From: Octopus sinensis | Taxonomy: Eukaryota | Direction: 5' to 3' | DNA length: 64,000 bases | Assembly (NCBI RefSeq): GCF_006345805.1 | Contig: NC_043003.1 | Span: 75,268,001 to 75,332,000 of the forward strand | Part shown: piece by piece, positions 40,691 to 53,664 of the stretch | How the letters are laid out: every line of letters starts with the position of its first letter | Position numbering within the stretch: the stretch's first letter is position 1 | Made by a program: the position numbers and the translations under genes | Notes under the pieces: generated by a model | The model's input: the letters and a program-made list of their open reading frames with translations, nothing else | Told to the model about the DNA's origin: nothing | Database searches by the model: none

Positions 40691-42639
40691 TCACCTACAG
40701 TACTTATTGAATAATATTCTTCCGGTCGCAATTTACTCACATGTAGTATCTTTCAGAGCTTGTAGCTAATTCAGTTCTTAAACAAATTGAAAACTCTTAG
40801 CATGTTTGAGGATGACCGGTCCCTAGCTATATTTCGCCATAAAGAAATTGACAATTGATCGAGTAGAAAATAATTTACATCAAAATTTGTAGAAACGTTA
40901 GAGAAGAGTAAGTAAAACCAACAATCAAGTTTAGATCCAAAGAACTTTTTTTTATTTTAAAAGCAAATTATATTTATCTTAGCTTCATTGATAAAAGAAA
41001 TCATGAATAATTTTATAGTTTTGTTCCCATGCAACAAAAGTTTGTATCAAATAGGCTGTGAGGTAACATATCATGAGAAAATATAAGGCAAAAAATTGGA
41101 TTTAAATATAATTATCTTTTTGAAAACAAACTGTTTTTTAATTAAGATTAAATGATAGAGCTCAATTCAAGGAAGTGTGTGGTATCAATCTCATGCAAAC
41201 AACTTTTACAACAAAATAGTTATGAGTGTTCGTTTCCCAAATTTGTGGGCGATAATATTGTTCTACACATTTTTATAAATACAGATCTAAAAGGGGAATT
41301 TTAATATATATCACCGGCGTCATTGCGGTCTGGAAAAAAGATCAACGACACCGCTAACTGAGACATTTAACATATTATTAATTAGCATAAACGAATAGCC
41401 TAGAAAAAACACGGATTACATGGGAAAATGCAAGAAACAAAAATAATATTCTTAAGATTATAAACCTGGACAATTACAGGATAAGTTATTACACTTGGAA
41501 ACGTTCAGGACAACTTATTATATCTGGTGAAGTACAGAACAAGAAAATTTTTACTTAAAATATTGCAGCTAAGGATAAAATTTCAATATTAAAAATACTT
41601 TGATTTTAATTTACAAAAAACCATTATAATTAAAAAGGTAGCATCATTTTGTTAAAATATTGACAAACTACTAGAATACTTAAAACATAAGAACCAGAAG
41701 TACCAATAGAGCTAAAGTTTTATGCAAAGTAAAATAATATGCATGGTAAGCAAATTCATTATGTAAAAAAGGCATTGTGTCATGACCAAATATGGGAAGC
41801 CTTAGCAGTAACTAAGTCGAGCGAATTTTGATGTGAATTTGTTGATATAAATAGATTTACCTGGATCATATAACTAATGTTTGCATTATTCTATTTATTG
41901 TACTACTTATGTACTACTATTAGTTTTTAACATATTTTCAAATATTTAATTATTAATCAATAATTTTTAAAATGATCTTATTTAAGTGCAAACATTTTGA
42001 GTATTTTGAGTTATTTCTTTAATTTTTAATAGAAATAACATGTACTAACAAATAGAAGCAATACCTTTTGATAAAAGTTTTAGTTTTAATAATACCTAAT
42101 ATTTACTAAATCTAAATATTTTATATAACCCTTAGCTGCAATATTTCAAATAAAAATATTCTCCTTCGGTATTTTGCCAGATGTAATAAGTTGTCATGAA
42201 ATTTTCCAGGTGTAATAAATTTTCCTGTAATTTTCTATCTAATATATCTATGCATATGTGTGTTTTCCGTTCTCTACACATATTTATATTATTGTCGTTG
42301 TTTATCATCATCTTCAAGGATGCCATGATTTTCTGATATTTTTTTTGCACAAAGGTTTAAATGATTCAATATGTACTGAATTTAATACGGATTTTGATAT
42401 TTTAAGGATCGATCGTTCAATGGGCAACACACGGCAGTAAATTAATATATACTGTTTATAATGGGTGCAGCGTCGCACCGATAACCAAATGGTGGAAGAT
42501 CTGCTTGGGACTAAACTAGTAGTAACCTGGAATAGCCACTTTGATTTGGTGATTGACTTTACTTCTTAGTATCGGTACTACACTGATCTCTTCTTGAGAT
42601 TTTACAACTAGCTATTTTGCTTGTAATAGAAAAATGTAC

Positions 42640-43095
42640 ATGCTCATTGGCAAAGACCAAACTCAATTTTCAATTTTTCAACTGAAGAAAGGTTTAGTAG
42701 TGGGGGAAATTAGGATGAAGTTCAACTTACTTCAAACGATAAGTTACAGTCTTCCGAGATACATTCATTCCGAAATCACGATTTACTTGACGAGATATTC
42801 CTGCAGCTGTATCGAAAAGGTCTTGTAACGACAGACTCTGAATCACACGATCTTGTGATCTTGTCAAACACTTGTTTTCCATGGAATCCCTCATTTTTCT
42901 AATGAGACAAATGGGCTTGCTTCTTCATAACGATTGAGTATTCTTGAAATAATACTCTTTGATCGGTTAATATCTTTGGCGAAAGTAGAAATTCCCATTC
43001 CGTCTGTTTTCAATGTGACTACTCGCTTTCTGAGGCTTTCATAGCCTTTACGTTGACTTTCTATGGTTGTTAATTCACTACTGGTCAATATAAAT
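42640..43095 (-). mobile_element. Tc1-like transposase N-terminal (HTH) remnant
   Basis: LRKRVVTLKTDGMGISTFAKDINRSKSIISRILNRY, followed by a degenerate GRPRKT (GIPWKT) and FANEH. Confidence 0.7.
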
Positions 43096-44517
43096 CTTTG
43101 CTTTGTTAGGTCAACTTAGTTTACAGATTTCACATTTTGAACTTTACACCATACATTCTCTTATTTTCTCTTACTTATTTTCTCTTACTTTCTCTTATTT
43201 TCTCTTACTTTTTTTCAATATAAATTATATATTTATAAAATAACTTCCTACAGAATGTACTGTATATAATGAAGACACTAAATTATATAACAGTAAAAAT
43301 CCTATTCGGTAAAATGAAGTAGATATGTAAATAAATTTAAATTTTATATTCTAAGTTTGGCTAATACTGTATATGTATGCGCATATATACATACTAGCTT
43401 ACATACATACTTACATAAATACATAATTACATACATGCATGAATACATATGTGTGTGCCCGTGTCTGCTAATCTCTGATACCTCAAGCTTATTGCGTTAT
43501 ATATCACGAGCACAGGCCAAAACTTTTGATGTTGGCCGATTTGTTTAATCAAATTAAACATCGTATGATATAATTAAATTTACTTAAATTTAGTTAAAAA
43601 AGAAGAATTTTATATGGATGCAAAGTATATTTTGAGCTCTAATTCAGGAGTGGAGCAGTAACCAAATATAGAAGTAGTAGGAGTGGAGCTGGTATTTCTT
43701 ATTTTATGAATTACTGGCATAAATCAAGTTCCGCGTCAAAAGTTTATGTCAGGGAAATTATTCTTGATATATTCGAAAGAAGAAAATAACATCAGAAAAC
43801 TTCAGTATGTGCGATAGAGGTCAATTAATTTATTCGGGTGTCAGAAGAATTGACTTGGTTTGAAACTTCTTGACGGAAGAATAAATATGAACGAGATAGA
43901 CTTGGATGGATTCCATAGTGTTACGTTTACTTCTCGTGTGTTCACTAAGAAATTGATATAAACACGTCTAGAACAATAAAATCAGCTCTCTTATTTTTAA
44001 AAGAAATCAAACTTGACAATTATATACTTCCATGTTATGAATTTTTGTTATGTTTTTGGATTTTGCTATGCAAACACGCATATCAGTAAATACACGCATG
44101 CATATACACACTCGTATTGCTATATATTTGTATGTGTAAGTATACATTGGAATATCCACGTATATATTGATATGCGTGGAACTCTGAATGCCCTCGTGCG
44201 TTTGTGCATGCGTGCGTGGGTGTGTGTATTGGCATGTGTATGTATATACTTGTGATCCATATGCAGAATCATTAGATTAAGGCAATTGCCTCTGGCTTCT
44301 GCATATTGAGTTGAACTATCACCAACGCCAAATTTTCCATTCATTATTTTGGCGCCGATTGGAGTAAAACTCAAATTCTCTACAGAAATTGCTTCTCTTT
44401 TTCCATCAAACATTTTCTTTTAGTTCCAATCCATCATTTATACACCCAAACCCTCGCATCCGCTCCACACATACTCGCACATACACACGCATCCTCATAT
44501 ATTCACATATATATGTT

Positions 44518-44550
<33 letters not shown>

Positions 44551-45362
44551 AAGGATGTGTGCAGGTATGTATGTATTTGCACTCATATATTGAGGGAGAG
44601 GATGGAGGATTTGAAAAAGTGTGGGAGAGAGAAGAAAACGAGTGTGAGATGCAATCAATTACATGATGCTTGCATCAACTCGGTGTATCGTGCCCTTGCG
44701 TGAATTAGCAGCGGCAAATCTAAGAAAGTATTTCCAATATGTAAATTAGAGATTATTTAATTATTGGGTATTAAATTACGAGGAATGTAAATCAAAAAGA
44801 TATGAATATTGTGAACATGGTTTCACTTGAAATTCAAATTAGATATTCTAATTAGATGAATAATTTTGAATTTAATGATCATTATAAGTAACACGAGAAA
44901 ATATATTGTGCAAATGGTGCTTAATAATTATGTGTGTGCATACGTATTCATAAAGCACACAACGGATACTTATTTACATATATACATATACAAGTGAGTG
45001 TGCCCGTGTGCATGCGTGTTTTTGCTTTTCGTTTTATAATATGTGCATACGTTGTGTAAACAAAAATTTTAAAGTTGAACTCAATACCTGTTGTAGAGTA
45101 TAATACATATGTAACAAAAAAATATCTATATCTCTAATATAAATATTTGTATATACATCTGAGTGTGTCTCTGTGTGTGTGTATTTGCAAAATACAGTTT
45201 GTACTACGGCTATCATTCCCGTGACAGTTACTTCTGGAATTATAAGATGAATTATTATGCATACGACTGGATTCGCTTTATTTGTATAGGTGTATTATTT
45301 AGATACTTGGCTTCAATTATTTTATCATGATGCAGTCGTTTTGTTAATATTACTGCGTGATC

Positions 45363-45730
45363 AGGCGGCGAGCTGGCAGAAACTTTAGCACGCCGGGCGA
45401 AATGCGTAGTCGTATCTTGTCTGCCGTTTTGTTCTGAGTTTAAATTCCGACGAGGTCGACTTTGCCTTTCATCCTTTCGGGGTCAATAAAATAAGGAACC
45501 AGTTATGCACTGGGGTCGATGTAATCGACGTAATCCGTTTGTCTGTCCTTGTTTGTCCTATCTGTGTTTAGGCCCTTGTGGGTACTAAAGAAATAGGTAT
45601 TTCATCTGTCCTGAAGTTCTGAGTTTAAATTCCGCCGTGGTAAGCACCAGTTGCCTACTGGGGTCGATCTAATCGACTGCCTTCCTCTCCAAAAACTTCG
45701 GGCCTTGTGCTTAGAGTAGCAAAGAATATT
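45363..45730 (+). mobile_element. Family-2 SINE with a fused partial second unit
   Basis: GGCGGCGAGCTGGCAG head; the second unit at 45597-45730 repeats the body; possible TSD AATATT(A/G)C(T/C)GCGT. Confidence 0.88.
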
Positions 45731-45749
45731 GCCGCGTAAGAAAATTACA

Positions 45750-46480
45750 TTTAACGAGCTAGTTTATCACTGTTTGTTGTGATCTCTTAAAGATAAGCCT
45801 ATTCGAGGAGTGTTCACCAGTTTCTTAATGCACATTTGGTTTTGTTCCCAAATATACCAATTTGAACAAGGAAATTCCATCAGCTCAGCCATATCATAGA
45901 TTACTAGAGACGGACGCATAATTCTGTAGACGAGTGAAAGAAATAGCCCAGGTTGTCTACGATTTAAAATGGTCAGATCCTCATCCAAACAATTTGCGAT
46001 ATATATAATCGATTTCGATAGACTTCATTCTAGTAGGAATCCTAGTACTGGAAACTGGAAGCATCATGTCTAGCGCGATATGCTTACAAATAACACATAG
46101 GCGAATGAAACTGGTGTCCGCGTGAACTATCGTCAGCAACGACTTTTGAAACGCCTTAAATAGAGCGGTTAGGTAAAAAGTAGTTAAAATTAGCAAGAGT
46201 TGTGATAGAGAAATATATATTACAGGGAGACTTGGAAGACACATAGAAGAGGCACTTGAAGAATTAGTGGCAACCGACATGCAAGCACTGATATTGGTTC
46301 TCATCAGTTCTTCAGCCTCAGGAATATAGTTCTAAATTTAATATACCTAACGTGCATGTTACAGAGGTACTACGTGGCAACAAGATCATATTGCAGTCTT
46401 TGACGTGCCACACATACCGCATGTTAGTCGACTACCAGAAAGCTGCTTGCAGATTTTCAGTTGACATCACATGACTGTTC
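45750..46480 (-). mobile_element. CR1/L2-like LINE RT remnant
   Basis: Minus-strand VADDS (46140-46126) after a degenerate SLSQLL motif; downstream GYFF and MEF..IW-like motifs. Confidence 0.55.
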
Positions 46481-46564
46481 AATATGAGAAGAGGCAAATC
46501 ACAACGCAGATTCTTGACTGTATTTTTGACGTACGTTTAATTTATACTTTAATGATAAATTAAA

Positions 46565-46601
46565 GTAATCATCACCATCATGATCATCATCATAATTATT
46601 A

Positions 46602-46645
<44 letters not shown>

Positions 46646-46692
46646 ATTATTATTATTATTATTATTATCATGGTGTTGTTGTTACTATTATT
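46565..46692. repeat. (TCA)n/(TTA)n microsatellite
   Basis: Seen directly; abuts a LINE 3' end. Confidence 0.95.
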
Positions 46693-47932
46693 GCCTTTGC
46701 ACAGCTTCTAACGCTGGAGATCTACTACGGTGCCAGCTGTTTACTACCAGTGAACTAAGGTGCCACCTCTTATTTTTCGAGCATCTTCCGGAGTATTAAA
46801 GCGGTTCCAAGCAGTGCTGTTTACTGCAAGAGCTTTACACTTATTGCAGCCTGTATTTGTTCCACGTAATTCTAGAGATTTTTGCTTTCTATTCCCAGGG
46901 CTCCGACAATTACTGGTACTAGTGCTACGTTTTTCATCGACACAACTGCTTAACCTCTCAAGCTAACCTGTCATATCTCTCTACTTTTCTTTTTCCATAT
47001 CTCACGCCTTGCTGTCAGCAGGATATGCTATATCTATTATACATCAAAGTATGTTTTCTTTCTCAAATAAGACTATGTGTGTCTTCCTATTCTCTATCCC
47101 ATGGGTGCACTGAATCATGAAATCCCATATAATCTTTGCACTCCTATTTTCGATGATGCCTTCAGGTTTTGTGATCGTACCAATTTTTTGTTTCGTCGTA
47201 TCCATACATGTTGAAAAGTGTCCAATGAACAATCCTGGCTATATTTTCGTAGCGTCTCTATATTCCTTCTGGGCTAGTGGCATATATTCGTTAGTAATAT
47301 TCCATACAATTTCACCGTTTTTTACACAGATTCTGCACTTATCACTTTCTGCTGAGTTGTCTATTCTGTATTTTATGAAGTTTGTTCTTAGTGCTTGCTC
47401 TCGGGCAGCACAGGTTAGAGCCTCGGTTTCCGGTTTTACATTAATCATCCACAGCCATAATTTTCTCTGTCTGTCTTATCTTCAACATCCCTATGAAATT
47501 GTCCATGCATTCTTTTCATTACCCACCTATTTTTAGTTTCATCGGTTTCAATTTCTTGTATAGTGCTTTATTTTTGCAATCTTTAAACCTACATAAATCT
47601 GGCCTTCATACATCTAGTAATAGCCGTTTTGTGGCATTTCTTATATACCATGCTATGTTGTTTTCTTCTTCTCTAATGCTGTGTTTGCATTCAATAAGTC
47701 CTCTTCCCCCTCTTTTTCTTGGTACGTACATTCTACGTGTGTCACTTTTTGGTTGGAGTGACCCTTATCTAGTTAGCAATTCCCTTGTCTTTCTGTCTAA
47801 GATATTTCGTTCGTCTAATGTCCAAGCGATTACCCGTGCTCCGTATCTAAGCTGTGAAATCACCCAGGTGTTGATAGCTTCGATCTAATTCCCTCCGTTT
47901 AATTTCGACTTAAGGATCAGACTCAGTCTGAG
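46693..47932 (-). mobile_element. R4/Dong-like RLE LINE family B, 3' part
   Basis: Motifs ILKSKLNGGN*IEAINTW..LRYGA, GGRGL, ETEALTCAAREQALRTN, CRIC, KIIWDFMIQ and IDIAYP. Confidence 0.88.
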
Positions 47933-48905
47933 CAGGTCATGGCAATGGACCTGAAGCACGTCTTGATTTTCTCCTCTCCTTGTACATACTTCACTGGTGT
48001 ATTGTTTGTAAGTCCTGCCAGCTTTTTGTGCATTCCTATCAGATATTTCAACCAGAAGTTGGTGATCTTGTCGTGCCCAGGCGTCTTTCAGTTGCTTAGT
48101 CTTTGCAGTGCATGGGTGACATGGGTTTGGAGTTGAACTGTTTGATTTGTTGCACGAAACTTTGGGGTTTCTCATACCGGTGGATCCTTTGTGCTTTGGC
48201 AAGGATATCTTGCTTTAGCTTTTCTTTTATCTCTCGTAAATCTTTTTCTGTGATGTATTTACACAGTATTTTTTTCTTTTTGTTGCGCTTAGTAACGTTG
48301 ATTGTTGACTAATTTCGTGAAGAATCGACAGATTTTTGCACATTTTTTGCTTTTTTTTGTGGGGGGAATGTTATTTATCCTCAGGGTTTGTTTGGGTGAT
48401 AGTACTCCTGTTTCGATGGGTTTGAGGAAGTATCCAGCTTCTTTTGTGACTGCAGTGGCTGCTGCATATACTATGTCACTTAGCTTAGTAATATCGCTAT
48501 TTGTTTCAGTGGTTATTATTTCCGAGACGGCCAGGTTTATGCTATTTATTATTGATGTTGTTTTGTTGTCTATTTTGAGGTATGGTCGGTGGTCGATTCT
48601 GAGATCTGTGGGTTTCAGTTCTTTGATTATTCTAGTTTTTTAGATTTATTTCGTTCTCTTTCTCATTCGTATTTTTGTCCGTAGTGTTTTTGTACATTAT
48701 AATACATCGCTACAGTCTGGGTTTGTTGCTTTTTGTTTACTTCGTTTTTGTTGGAAATGTTACGTTTGTCTTCGTGTTTTACTCTCTCAGTGTTTATATT
48801 ATTTAAACATTGTTGAATGCCTTCTATCTACATCTTCCTGATGTATCTTTTCTTTTAAATGTTCTATTTCTATTTCTGATATTTTTTACGTAGAGAATAT
48901 ATCTT
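47933..48905 (-). mobile_element. R4/Dong-like LINE family A, deleted 5' fragment
   Basis: Nucleotide similarity to 51480-52490 (for example 'ggatcctttgtgctttggcaaggatatcttgctttagcttttc'), with internal deletions. Confidence 0.88.
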
Positions 48906-48906
48906 C

Positions 48907-48913
48907 GTTATTA

Positions 48914-48977
<64 letters not shown>

Positions 48978-49061
48978 TGTTGTTGTTGCTGTTGTTGTTG
49001 TTGTTGTTGTTGTTGTCGTCGTCGTTGTTGTTGTTGTTGTTGTTGTTGCTGCTGCTGCTGC

Positions 49062-49095
<34 letters not shown>

Positions 49096-49096
49096 A
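48907..49096. repeat. (TTA)n-(TTG)n microsatellite
   Basis: Seen directly; separates two LINE copies. Confidence 0.95.
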
Positions 49097-52000
49097 TTCA
49101 GTAGTTTTATTTTTATAGCGTGCTTTCACTTCACTACCGAGCGCAGCTCTGTGTGCCTTGGGCATGTGCTGTGATTTGTTGTGATGCTCTGATGGTTATT
49201 GTATTTAAAGTGTTCTGCGTAGGATGTGTGCAGTGCCTAGTAGTGCAATTTTCTGTATGTTATATGTGTTTGTAAGTCCTGGTGTTTTTGTTATGTATTT
49301 GTCTGAATATTTTTTTATCATGCCTAATGCACCTACTATGATAGGAATTGTTTCTGTTTTTAGATTCTACATTCTGGTTACCTCCATTTCCAGGTCTTTG
49401 TATTTTGAAAGTTTCTCCATTTCTTTTAGAGACACGTTGTCATCTGCCGGTATTGATACATCAATTAGAAAGCATTTTTTTCTTCATGATCCCTGACAAC
49501 TATATCTGGTCTGTTGGCCTTCATTTCTCTATCTGTGTGTATCGGCATATCCCAAAGTATGGTTGCTTTTTCGTTTTCTGTGATCATTTCTGGTGTGTAC
49601 CTATACTATCTTTTTTCTGTTGTTATTCCATAATGTTGGCATAGCCTCCAGTGTATGTAGGTTCCAACTCTGTCATGTCTGTGAATATATTCCTTCTTAG
49701 CCAGGACTGGGCAGCCAGAGATAATATGATTTAGTGTTTCGTGTCCATCTCCACATATTCTGCAGTTATTGATATATTTCTTTTCATTACATGTTTTTGA
49801 TAATTTCTGGTTGGGAGGCTTTGGTCTTGTGCTGCAATTAAAAATCACCCTCTCTCTGCTTTGAGTCCTGAGCTTCTCTACCATTGCTGAGATTTTCCTT
49901 TGTCTATTTCTTTTGCATTTAGTTTAGTCCAGTATTTACCGTAAAGGGGTTTTTCTTGCCATCGTTTTAACATGGTTCTTTGCTGTTCTAGTTTTAGTTT
50001 GGATTTCATTTGATTTATAGCTTTTCTTCTTCTTCTTCTTCTTCTTCTTCTTCTTCTTCTTCTTCTTCTTCTTCTCTTCTTCTTCTTCTTCTTCTTCTTC
50101 TCTTCTTCTTCTTCTTCTTCTTCTTCTTCTTCTTCTTCTTCTTCTTCTTTATATTTGTTAGGTGGTATGATTTCTTGTTTGTATTTGTCAGCTTCCTTAA
50201 ATACTGAGAACAGTTTTTTGTTTTGCTCGTGTTTTGCCGCTGTTTGTATCAGTTTTCCTTCCTTCTGAAGTAGATATTTTTGCAGTCCTATGGTGGTTAT
50301 TTTATAGTAGTTTTCCAGCTGTATAAGGCCTCTACCACCTTCTATACGTTGTATATATAGTCTTTCTATGTCAGATTTTGGGTGATGCATCCTAGACCCT
50401 GCCATTATTTTTCTTGTTTTCCTATCTATTTTGGTCAGTTCATTTAATGTACAGTTAAGGATATTGTAGCTGTAACTTATAACTGGGACAGCTAAAGTGT
50501 TAATACCTATTATCTTGTTTTTAGCATTGAGCTCTGTTTTTAGTATTGATCTAACTCTATAATATTCTTTTTTTATTTCTCTTTTATTTGTGTGTGTTGT
50601 GTCTTATCTAGTTCATGGATTCCTGAGTATTTGTAAGTTTCGCTTTGGTCCACTTCTTTTATTTCATTGGTTTTATCTAGTGTGATGTTGCTACTCTTAA
50701 CTAGTTTTCCTCTTTTCATGGTTACTTTGGCGCATTTTTCTAATCCAAATTTCATATCTATTTCTTTGGTAAATCCATGAACAGTCTTTAATAGTGTTCC
50801 AGCTGTTTGTGATTTGCAGCGTATAGTTTTAGGTCATCCATGTATAAAAGGTGACTGATCGTTTTGCCGTAACATTTATATCCGCATCCAGTTCTATTTA
50901 GCATATCAGATAGAGGTGACAGTGCCAAGCAGAAAAGGAGTGGAGAGAGCATGTCTCCCTGGAATATTCCTCTTCTAATGGGGATGGCTTTGGTTTTCAT
51001 GAGTCCCTCTTTTGTTTGGAGCTGTAGCACTGTTTGCCATTTATTCATAGAGTGCCCAATGAATTTTATAATTGTTGGTGCTACTTTGTTAATGGCTAGT
51101 GTTTCGAGGATCCATGTGTGGAGGATGCTATCAAACGCCTTTTTGTAGTCGATCCAGGCCATACTGAGGCCTTTCTTCTTTCTGTGTCTGTCCTCAGTTA
51201 TGGATTTATTGATCATTAGTTGATCTTTACAGCCGTATGAGCCTTTGCAGCATCCTTTCTGCTCTTCTAGAAACATGTTGTTTTCGTCTAGGTGCTTGTT
51301 CAGCCTTTACGATATCACTGCAGTAAATGCCTTGAACATAGTAGGGAGGCAGGTTATTGGTCTGTAGTTTTCTGGTTTTGCTGTTTCATTTGATTTGGGA
51401 ATTACGATGGTTTTCCCCTTCGTGAGCCATTCAGGCATTGTCTCTGGCTCTGCTAGTATGTTGTTAAAGTTTTCAGCCAGCTTTTTGTGCATTCCTGTTA
51501 GATATTTCAACCAGAAGTTGGGGATCTTGTCATGCCCAGGTGCCTTCCAGTTGCGCAGTCTTTGCAGTGCCTGGGTGACCTTTTCAGTTGTTATGGGGGT
51601 CCAAAGTTGCTCAGATGCTGAGTTTGTTGTTTTCATACTCCTTTTGTTTGCTTGTTTGTTCGCTGACCATATTTCTCTCCAGAATTCTTCCACTTCTTCT
51701 GCCGTTGGTGCTGCAGTGATTTCTATTTTATTTTTGCCAAGTTCTTGGTAGAACTTTTGGGGGTTGGAGTTGAAGTTTTTGTTTTTTTCGAGGAAGCGCT
51801 GGCGTTTCTCGTACCGGCGGATCCTTTGTGCTTTGGCAAGGATATCTTGCTTTAGCTTTTCTTTTATCTCAGGTAAATCTTTTTGTGTGATGTTGTATTT
51901 GCGGAGTATTTCTGTTTTCTTTTTGTTGCTCAATAGTGTTAATTGTCTGCTGATTTCATTAAGAATCGACAGATCTTTTCTTATTTTTTGTATTTTGTTT

Positions 52001-52490
52001 TGGATGTTATTTATCCACAGGGTTTGTTTGGGTGGTGGTACTTCTGTTTGGACGGGTTTGAGTGAGTATCCAGCTTCTTTTGTGGCTGCAGTGGCTGCTG
52101 CGTATACTAAGTTATTTAGCTCAGTGATATCGCTTTTGGTTTCAGTGGCTATTAGTTCCGTGACGTCTAGGTTAATGCTGTTTATAATTGGTGTTGTTGT
52201 TTCGTCTATTTTGATTTTTGGGAGGTATGGTCGGTGGTCCATTTTGAGCTCTGTGGTTTTCAGTTCTTTGATTATTCTACTTTTTATATTATCATATTCA
52301 TTAGGCTCCCCTTCATTGTTTCCAGGATTTAGATCTGTGTCATTTTCTTTCTTATTTGTATGATTGTTTGTCGTGTTACATTTGTCTTCGTGTTTTACTG
52401 TTTCAGTGTTTATATTATTGGGCATTGTTGTCTGGCTTCTATCTATATTTTCCTGATGTATTTTTTCTTTTAGATATTCTATTTTTATTT
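49097..52490 (-). mobile_element. Near full-length R4/Dong-like non-LTR retrotransposon (RT + CCHC + RLE), pseudogenised
   Basis: ORF pieces 51307-52425, 50788-51276, 50573-50755, 49878-50405 and 49606-49884 contain WKAPGHD, NYRPITCL, WIDYKKAFDS, RGIFQGD.LSPLLF, LLYMDDLKLY, FGLEKCA, GGRGL, CRIC...H..SGC and RHDRV, followed by the RPDI...IDVSIP endonuclease. No APE domain is seen. Confidence 0.95.
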
Positions 52491-52502
52491 TTATTATTAT
52501 TA

Positions 52503-52568
<66 letters not shown>

Positions 52569-52638
52569 CATTATTATTATTATTTTTTTATTATTATTAT
52601 TATTATTATTGTTATTATTATTATCATTATCATTATTA

Positions 52639-52670
<32 letters not shown>

Positions 52671-52725
52671 GTTAATATTATTATCATTATCATTATTATT
52701 TTTATTATTATTATTAGTATTATTA
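52491..52725. repeat. (TTA)n microsatellite
   Basis: Seen directly. Confidence 0.95.
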
Positions 52726-53073
52726 GTTTAACTTTTGTTTTGCATTCACTCCAAACTTCACCCATAGACCTGAAGAGACAACAAGTTCAAGTTGTTGTTA
52801 TCACTAGTGCACCATAATTTTGGTTTTGCACCAACTATTGTTCTAGATAGTGGTTGTGAAAAGATAAGAAAATTAGAAGTTTCTTTTAAAAGTAATTTGA
52901 TTAGAAGATGATGGTATGATGTTAAGTTGTTAGTAAAAGGTCGTTGTTATTATATACATTTAAAAGTAGTTTGACTTTGTTTACATGCACAATGATTTAC
53001 GTAAGATATGAACAGTTCCCAAGAGCACATTTTTCCCAAGAGCACATTTTTCATTATTCAGTTTTATATTACA

Positions 53074-53130
<57 letters not shown>

Positions 53131-53144
53131 ATTATTATTATCAT

Positions 53145-53550
53145 TTTTTCTTCTTCTTTCAAATTTGCTTCCATTTCTTGCCGAGTGTCTTCCCGACACC
53201 TAGGGCAAAGAAACTCATAGTATACATTGGTAGGCCATTAAACTAAACGCACTAGTTCGTTCATTTTTTTTTATTTTGATAGAAATAAAGTTAAATTAAA
53301 ATACATGGGTAGTAATAGTTCTCACATCGACAATGCTCTTCTCAATACATGTGATGTACCAGTTAAGACAATCTTTTGCACTTCTTGCAGGGATGGTAAG
53401 CCAGGGATCATTCTCATATAATTTTCGGTTCCCTTCTTGATCATTCCTAGTGCTCCTACGACCACTGGTATTGTAACCGCCTTGAGATGCCACATTTTCT
53501 CAATTTCAATGAGCAGGTCTTTATATTTTCTGAGCTTGTCAAACTCTTTT
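53145..53550 (-). mobile_element. R4/Dong-like LINE family C, 3' end, between (TTA)n tracts
   Basis: Minus strand reads KEFDKLRKYKDLLIEIEKMWHLKAVTIPVVVGALGMIK; flanked by (TTA)n at 53075-53143 and 53549-53615. Confidence 0.85.
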
Positions 53551-53664
53551 TATTATAATTATTATTATTATCATTATTATGACCATTACTATTATTATTG
53601 TTGTTGTTGTTGTTGTCATTTTTCGTCAAACGTTTTTCACTGCGTGGTACGTCCAATATAATAC

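Noticed and set aside
51395-52363. Plus-strand ORFs of 118 aa and 199 aa
   Set aside because: Antisense shadows of the LINE ORF.
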